Shown piece after piece: positions 59,039 through 64,000 of a stretch of 64,000 nucleotides of DNA. A model generated the notes under the pieces. It was not told where the DNA came from and ran no database searches. It worked only from the letters and a program-made list of their open reading frames with translations. This DNA is from Planctomycetota bacterium (GTDB taxonomy: Bacteria; Planctomycetota; PLA2; JAEUHO01). A program made the position numbers and the translations under genes. The stretch's first letter is position 1, and every line of letters begins with the position of its first letter. The DNA is taken from NCBI GenBank assembly GCA_965222115.1, contig CBDCTJ010000001.1, forward strand, positions 1 to 64,000, in the 5' to 3' direction.

Positions 59039-59355
59039 GAATTTATGCAACAAGTGTTCACAACAAACGGTGTTCCAAACTCGCAAAGCCGCAAGCAAGC
59101 TATCTTTGAGCGTGATTGACGCGTCGTTCACACGCGGTGTGCTGTTAAAAACACGATTGTTTTCTTTGTAAAAAACGTTGAGAAATTCCGCGCCACCGGT
59201 TGCGCATGTCTCTACTGTCGGTCTTGCGCTGTCGAGAAGCACGCGCGAGTCGCCGTGTTCCTCGTTTTCTCCGCAACGAGCGACAGTCACACATATTGGG
59301 GTACGTATCCGCGCCAATCGCGGAGTGGATAGCGTCCCCGGTTAGGGGGCACACC

Positions 59356-60591
59356 ATGGCCAACGGCACATTGAATAAGAAGGGGAATCGCGAGCCAATG
59401 CGAGGCCACGATCGTGAAGTTGGTTCCTCGGGTCGCGTTGATCGCGCGCAGAAGGTGAGGCGCGCTGCACCTGTCGCCGGTGTGATGCTTGTGGCACTTG
59501 TAGCAGCGGTGATCACCGCAGCGCCAACGCCGTACGAAGCTGACTTGGCGCTTTTGTCCAATGTCGATGCTCAGAAGCGCCAAGACGCAAGCGATCGGTT
59601 GGGAAAGGGCGGTAGCAAGCAGGCCACAAAGCTCTTGGACGAACTTGCAGGCAAACACTCCGCCGTCACACGCGCCGGTCTTGTGCGCTCCCTTTCAAAG
59701 CTACCTGTGAGTGGTGATCACGTAAGCGCACTTCGTGATCTCTTGGCGAGTGACAATGTGAACATTGCAGCCAGCGCAGCGCTGATTCTTCAGAAGGCGC
59801 CAAAGGCGCGCGACAAGCTCGTTGCTGAGCTTGCAGACGTTCTTGCCGATGATCGCGTAGCCGATGGCGTCAAGGCTCGTGCAGCGCGTGCGCTCAAGGG
59901 AACCACGGGCGCGGGCGCAACGGCCCTGGAGGCCGCAGCGGCAAGTTCCGGGCTCACGAAACTTGCCGCCATTCGCACGCTTGGGTTCATTCCAACGTCT
60001 GGCCCCGGCAAGCTCGCGACGATCGCCACGGATGAAGAACGCGAAGATCGAGATCGAGTTCTCGCAATGCGCTCTCTTGGTGAAGTCACGGGCAGCAACG
60101 CAAGTTCGGCATCATCCGAGCTCAAGACGCTCGTGAAGAGCACATCGGGATTCGTGCGTGAGCACGCAACTGCGGCATTGAGTGCGAGGGGCGAGTCCGG
60201 AAGCACTTCAACGTTTGTCACACTTGCGAAGGACAAAGACGCGCGCGTGCGGCTGGAGGCACTGCGTGCGATTGAGAGCGCAAAGGCAGTTTCAAGCGAG
60301 AAGTCTACGGTCAAGACGTTGCTATCCGATTCGGATGTTCGCGTGCAAGAGCTTGCCTTGCGTCTCGCTGCCGCTGAGAAGCCGTGGGACTTGTCCGACG
60401 TCAAGAGCACATTCGTTTCCGAGCTTGGATCCAAGAACTTCAAGATCCGTCTCGGTGCTGCCTTAGCGCTTGCCGCGTATGGCGACAAGGGCGGGCTTCA
60501 AACCATGAAGACCGACAAAGATTCCTCCACCAAATCCGTCGCGGCCCAAGCCAAGGCTGCGTACGACCTCATAGACAAAATCGAAGAGTAA
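59356..60591 (+). CDS. Exported/membrane-anchored HEAT-repeat protein
   Basis: N-terminal hydrophobic segment; repeated D...VR..A..AL HEAT units. Confidence 0.85.
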   Translation: MANGTLNKKGNREPMRGHDREVGSSGRVDRAQKVRRAAPVAGVMLVALVAAVITAAPTPYEADLALLSNVDAQKRQDASDRLGKGGSKQATKLLDELAGKHSAVTRAGLVRSLSKLPVSGDHVSALRDLLASDNVNIAASAALILQKAPKARDKLVAELADVLADDRVADGVKARAARALKGTTGAGATALEAAAASSGLTKLAAIRTLGFIPTSGPGKLATIATDEEREDRDRVLAMRSLGEVTGSNASSASSELKTLVKSTSGFVREHATAALSARGESGSTSTFVTLAKDKDARVRLEALRAIESAKAVSSEKSTVKTLLSDSDVRVQELALRLAAAEKPWDLSDVKSTFVSELGSKNFKIRLGAALALAAYGDKGGLQTMKTDKDSSTKSVAAQAKAAYDLIDKIEE

Positions 60592-60647
60592 GGCGCAACG
60601 CATCACCGAAAACCATCAAGCAAGGCGTGAGCGAGATTGGGGTAGAC

Positions 60648-63600
60648 ATGGCTAGCAAGAACAGAAACAGTCGAAAGCGTTCAAAGAAGGACAGCCGCCC
60701 GATAACGCCTCGCCCGTGGGTGCATACGCCTCTGGGGCTGGTTGCCGTAGGGCTTGCAACCTATGCGCTAGCATTCCTCGTGCTGACCGGTGGCCGTCAT
60801 GTTCTTGCTGAGGCGGCGCCTCCAAGTCCGATCGTCATCACCGACTTCGGTATGAAGGACACGAGCACCACAGGAAATCCAAAGGAGTCGTACAACTTGG
60901 CCGGGCAGGCTGGCGGCATCTACCAGGTCGATAACGCGAACCGCCATGCGGTTTCGTTCACGTCACTAAAGCCCGCCCACTCCAACAACGCGGTTCAGCA
61001 GATTGATTTGGATGAGACTACCGGGGATGTCATTTACGGTGCGAACAACGGTGAGATTGTTCGCGTCGACATGACGACCAACACGTCAACCACTGTCGGA
61101 ACGGTTTCGGGTGCAGATTTCAAGGTAGCCGCGGCCGACAACAACTCCTCAAGTGTGGATGCCTGGGCGATCGACGCGAATACCAACTCGCTTTATGAGT
61201 TCAAATCCAGTGGTCCGTCGGTACTCGGCAATCCCTCGTTTGGTCAGGGGCCGACCGAACTTGCCGGCCCCAAGCCTGGCAACAATAACGTCGTAGCCCT
61301 GGGCGACGGTTCGGCTGAAATCTATCGCCTCGATGTGACGCTCTTAGTTGACTACGACGACACGTTTGCCGGTGCCAATGTCGAGCCGACCGGGCTTGCT
61401 GTGGCCGATGCCGACTATTGTTACGTATCGATCAATGACGGCTCGACGGCAAAGGTACTGCAGGTTGACTTGCGAGCATCGACCTTTGGATTTGTGACAC
61501 CTGTTATGGGGACGTACTCAAACGTGAGCGCGGTGGACATTTCTGTGGCCGGCCCGTGGGTCACGGTGCTCATGTCGGACAGCACCAATAACGAGACGAC
61601 CGCGCGCGTGTTTGACGTGGGTGTTCCAAGTTCGCCGCTTTACGTGGGCAGCGTGGACTTGTCGTTGGGATATGAGGCCTATGGAGGATTAACCACGCAG
61701 CTCGGCGAGGGCGGGACCCTTGAAGATCTGGAGTTCATGTGGGCCAATCTCACTCAGGACATGAGCGTTACGACGGGTCGTGATGTTGAAGGCGAGTGGA
61801 CATTGGGGTCTGCGAGCAGCGTCCCTCCGGGCGGCGTGTTCCCCACGATCACGGCGGCGGCATCGGGTGCCTACGGCATGGAAGCGCTCACTTGCGTCTG
61901 GCCGTGTCCTCCATTTGGACCCAATTCACAAGGCCCCGTTGCCGGCCCCACGCCACCAGCCCACACCGCATCCACGCCCCATAGCGTTCAGCTCAGCACG
62001 GGCGAAGAAGTGCTGATTCACCGACTGGTTTCGATTCCCGGCCGCGGTATGGATCTTGACCTCACGCTTACGTACCGATCGCGGCGAGATTTTGCGGGCC
62101 GATATGGAAATAGCTGGTTCCTAAATCAAGACGTGCGGATGAAGACCGAGACGAACGGGGATATGACGTATCAGAGTCCATACGGGCGCGTGGATACCTA
62201 CGTCAAGAGTGGGAGCACGTTCATTCCGCCCACGCACTACGACACCACGCTGGCGCCGTCGGGATCTAACCACACCGTTACCGACCGATTGGGCCGCGTG
62301 AGCACGTTTAATGCAAGCGGGCAGCGGATAAGTCTGGCTGATCGCTATGGCAATACACACTCCTATACCTACACGGGCGACAAGCTGACTCAGATCACGG
62401 ATTCGCTGAATCGCAACATTTCGCTCAACTACAATGCCTCGGGGCGGCTCTCAAGTGTGGTTGACTTCGGCGGCCGCACGTGGACATTTTCCTATAACTA
62501 CATGGGGGACCTCCGGACGATCACGAGTCCGGCTTCCACACAGTTTTCCTCGGGGCGCACGGTGCGCTATTCCTACAGCGCCAATCACGCACAGACGCGC
62601 TTCAAGTCGAACCTGATTCACGTGGAAAACGCCAAGGGCGAAGTCGTTCAGACGCTTGAGTATGACGAGAACGACATGGTGGTAGAGGAGTCGCTTGGGC
62701 CGGGCGAGTACACAATTTCGTATGACGTTCCCAACAAGCGGACGACCGTCGTAGACCGCGCGGGAAATACAACGCGCTGGACTTTTGGTTCCTTCGCGGT
62801 GCCCACAGAGAAGAAGGTCTATACCAAGGGGCTTAGAACCGGAGAGCCAACGGACTTCACCACGACGTACACGGTGAACGCAACCACCGGCATGACCACG
62901 GCTGTGGTGTATCCGCGCGGCAACAGATCGGACTATACGTATGACAGTTCGCTCAATCTGACGGAAGTCCGGCACCGAACGACAGATACCAGCACAAACA
63001 GTGGAACGGACCTCGTAACCTCGTACCAGTACACCGGCCAGTACAACCAAGTGAGCCAGGTCACCGATCCCAAGGGCAACGTCATGTCCATGACGGTGGA
63101 TTCCTCCGGAAACACAACGGCCATTACGCATCCGTCTGTGACGCAGCCGACAAGCCAGACCATCGCAGAGACTCTTGTTTACGATTCGTATGGGCGCATC
63201 ACGTCGGCAACCGACGCGGAGAGTCGCGTAACGAATTTTGTGTATTACACATCTGGTTCCCAAAATGGATACTTGCACAAAGTCATTCGTGATCCTGGCG
63301 GGCTCGCGATTACAACGACATTTCAATATGATCAGTATGGAAACGTAACCTCTGTAGCTGACCCGAGTGGCGCCACCACGACGATCACGGTGGACGCCGA
63401 AAACTTCGTTACCCAGATACAAGCGCCTACGCCGCTTAACTACAAACGCAAGTTCACCTACGATGCCAATCGAAATCTCACGCTGCTTGAAACGGAGAAC
63501 CGCGACAAAGACGGTGTGCTTGATTCCACGACGCCTTGGATTGAGACGAGCTATACGTATAACGAAATGGGCTGGCGCTTGACGGCGACTCAGGATCTGA

Positions 63601-64000
63601 CGTCGTCAAGTCAAGCGGTAACGACATATGAGTACGACGGCGAGGGCAAGGTCACCAAAATTCAAAGCCCGACGGGCGAAGAGACGAAGATCGAGTACGA
63701 CGAGCGGGCGCTGCTTTTCAAACTTACGCGGGGCTACGGCGCGTCCGAGGCATCGACGATTCAAGTGGACTACGATGCCAACGGCAATCGCAGCAAGACG
63801 ATCAATAGCGAAGGCGACGCGACGAATTTCACGTACGATCTCTTTGACCGCGCGACGAAGCGAACGAACGCGCTGAGCCATTACGTTTCTTGGACCTATG
63901 ATAAGAACGGAAACGTACTGACGGCGGCAGCCTACAACGCCTCAAATGTGCTCCAAGCTAAGACCACGAATCACTTTGATGAGGTGAACCGGATCTGGAA
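60648..64000 (+). CDS. Rhs/YD-repeat protein (N-terminal TM, propeller-like region, DUF6531-like domain, YD repeats); 3' truncated by the window edge
   Basis: Not in the ORF track because no stop occurs before the edge. ATG 60648 MASKNRNSRKR...; SVQLSTGE...IPGRGMDLDLTLTYRS...YGNSW; many YD repeats (YDSYGRITSATD, YDQYGNVTSVADP, YDANGNRS). Frame checked at 62031 and 63900. Confidence 0.93.
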   Translation, partial: MASKNRNSRKRSKKDSRPITPRPWVHTPLGLVAVGLATYALAFLVLTGGRHVLAEAAPPSPIVITDFGMKDTSTTGNPKESYNLAGQAGGIYQVDNANRHAVSFTSLKPAHSNNAVQQIDLDETTGDVIYGANNGEIVRVDMTTNTSTTVGTVSGADFKVAAADNNSSSVDAWAIDANTNSLYEFKSSGPSVLGNPSFGQGPTELAGPKPGNNNVVALGDGSAEIYRLDVTLLVDYDDTFAGANVEPTGLAVADADYCYVSINDGSTAKVLQVDLRASTFGFVTPVMGTYSNVSAVDISVAGPWVTVLMSDSTNNETTARVFDVGVPSSPLYVGSVDLSLGYEAYGGLTTQLGEGGTLEDLEFMWANLTQDMSVTTGRDVEGEWTLGSASSVPPGGVFPTITAAASGAYGMEALTCVWPCPPFGPNSQGPVAGPTPPAHTASTPHSVQLSTGEEVLIHRLVSIPGRGMDLDLTLTYRSRRDFAGRYGNSWFLNQDVRMKTETNGDMTYQSPYGRVDTYVKSGSTFIPPTHYDTTLAPSGSNHTVTDRLGRVSTFNASGQRISLADRYGNTHSYTYTGDKLTQITDSLNRNISLNYNASGRLSSVVDFGGRTWTFSYNYMGDLRTITSPASTQFSSGRTVRYSYSANHAQTRFKSNLIHVENAKGEVVQTLEYDENDMVVEESLGPGEYTISYDVPNKRTTVVDRAGNTTRWTFGSFAVPTEKKVYTKGLRTGEPTDFTTTYTVNATTGMTTAVVYPRGNRSDYTYDSSLNLTEVRHRTTDTSTNSGTDLVTSYQYTGQYNQVSQVTDPKGNVMSMTVDSSGNTTAITHPSVTQPTSQTIAETLVYDSYGRITSATDAESRVTNFVYYTSGSQNGYLHKVIRDPGGLAITTTFQYDQYGNVTSVADPSGATTTITVDAENFVTQIQAPTPLNYKRKFTYDANRNLTLLETENRDKDGVLDSTTPWIETSYTYNEMGWRLTATQDLTSSSQAVTTYEYDGEGKVTKIQSPTGEETKIEYDERALLFKLTRGYGASEASTIQVDYDANGNRSKTINSEGDATNFTYDLFDRATKRTNALSHYVSWTYDKNGNVLTAAAYNASNVLQAKTTNHFDEVNRIW

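Noticed and set aside
62451-63422. 323-aa minus-strand ORF (and similar long antisense ORFs at 3101-4195, 17893-18963, 20774-21745, 34027-35046)
   Set aside because: Shadow ORFs opposite well-supported genes, expected in GC-rich DNA.

Overview
GC-rich bacterial chromosomal window, probably PVC superphylum/Planctomycetota (inferred from the GyrA HPHGxxxIYPTLVRMAQ signature and the many exported TPR/HEAT proteins; not verified). Housekeeping genes are rpsO-pnp, plsY-gpsA, tRNA-Pro(GGG), rsmG, gyrA, truD and an orphan parA. They are interspersed with an orphan secretin, a three-gene minor-pilin-like cluster that includes a ~1390-aa giant prepilin, a TetR + hcrCAB-like molybdoenzyme operon, an intact ISL3 element (25-bp imperfect inverted repeats, 8-bp target duplication), and a HEAT protein + Rhs/YD gene that runs off the right edge and is missing from the ORF track. 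Four signals are not explained by the ORF track. (1) Two in-frame ORFs at 30806-32170 are joined by a UGA in a thioredoxin U-P-P-C motif with a downstream hairpin, i.e. a probable exported selenoprotein. (2) A ~200-nt structured RNA with its own sigma70-type promoter, UUCG terminator and twin operators is transcribed divergently from an apparently non-cleavable XRE/S24 repressor. (3) A dispersed ~59-bp repeat has a covarying hairpin. (4) A perfect 22-bp palindrome is centred on the tetR start codon. The first ~2.4 kb has several frameshifts, including two in pnp, most likely sequencing errors.
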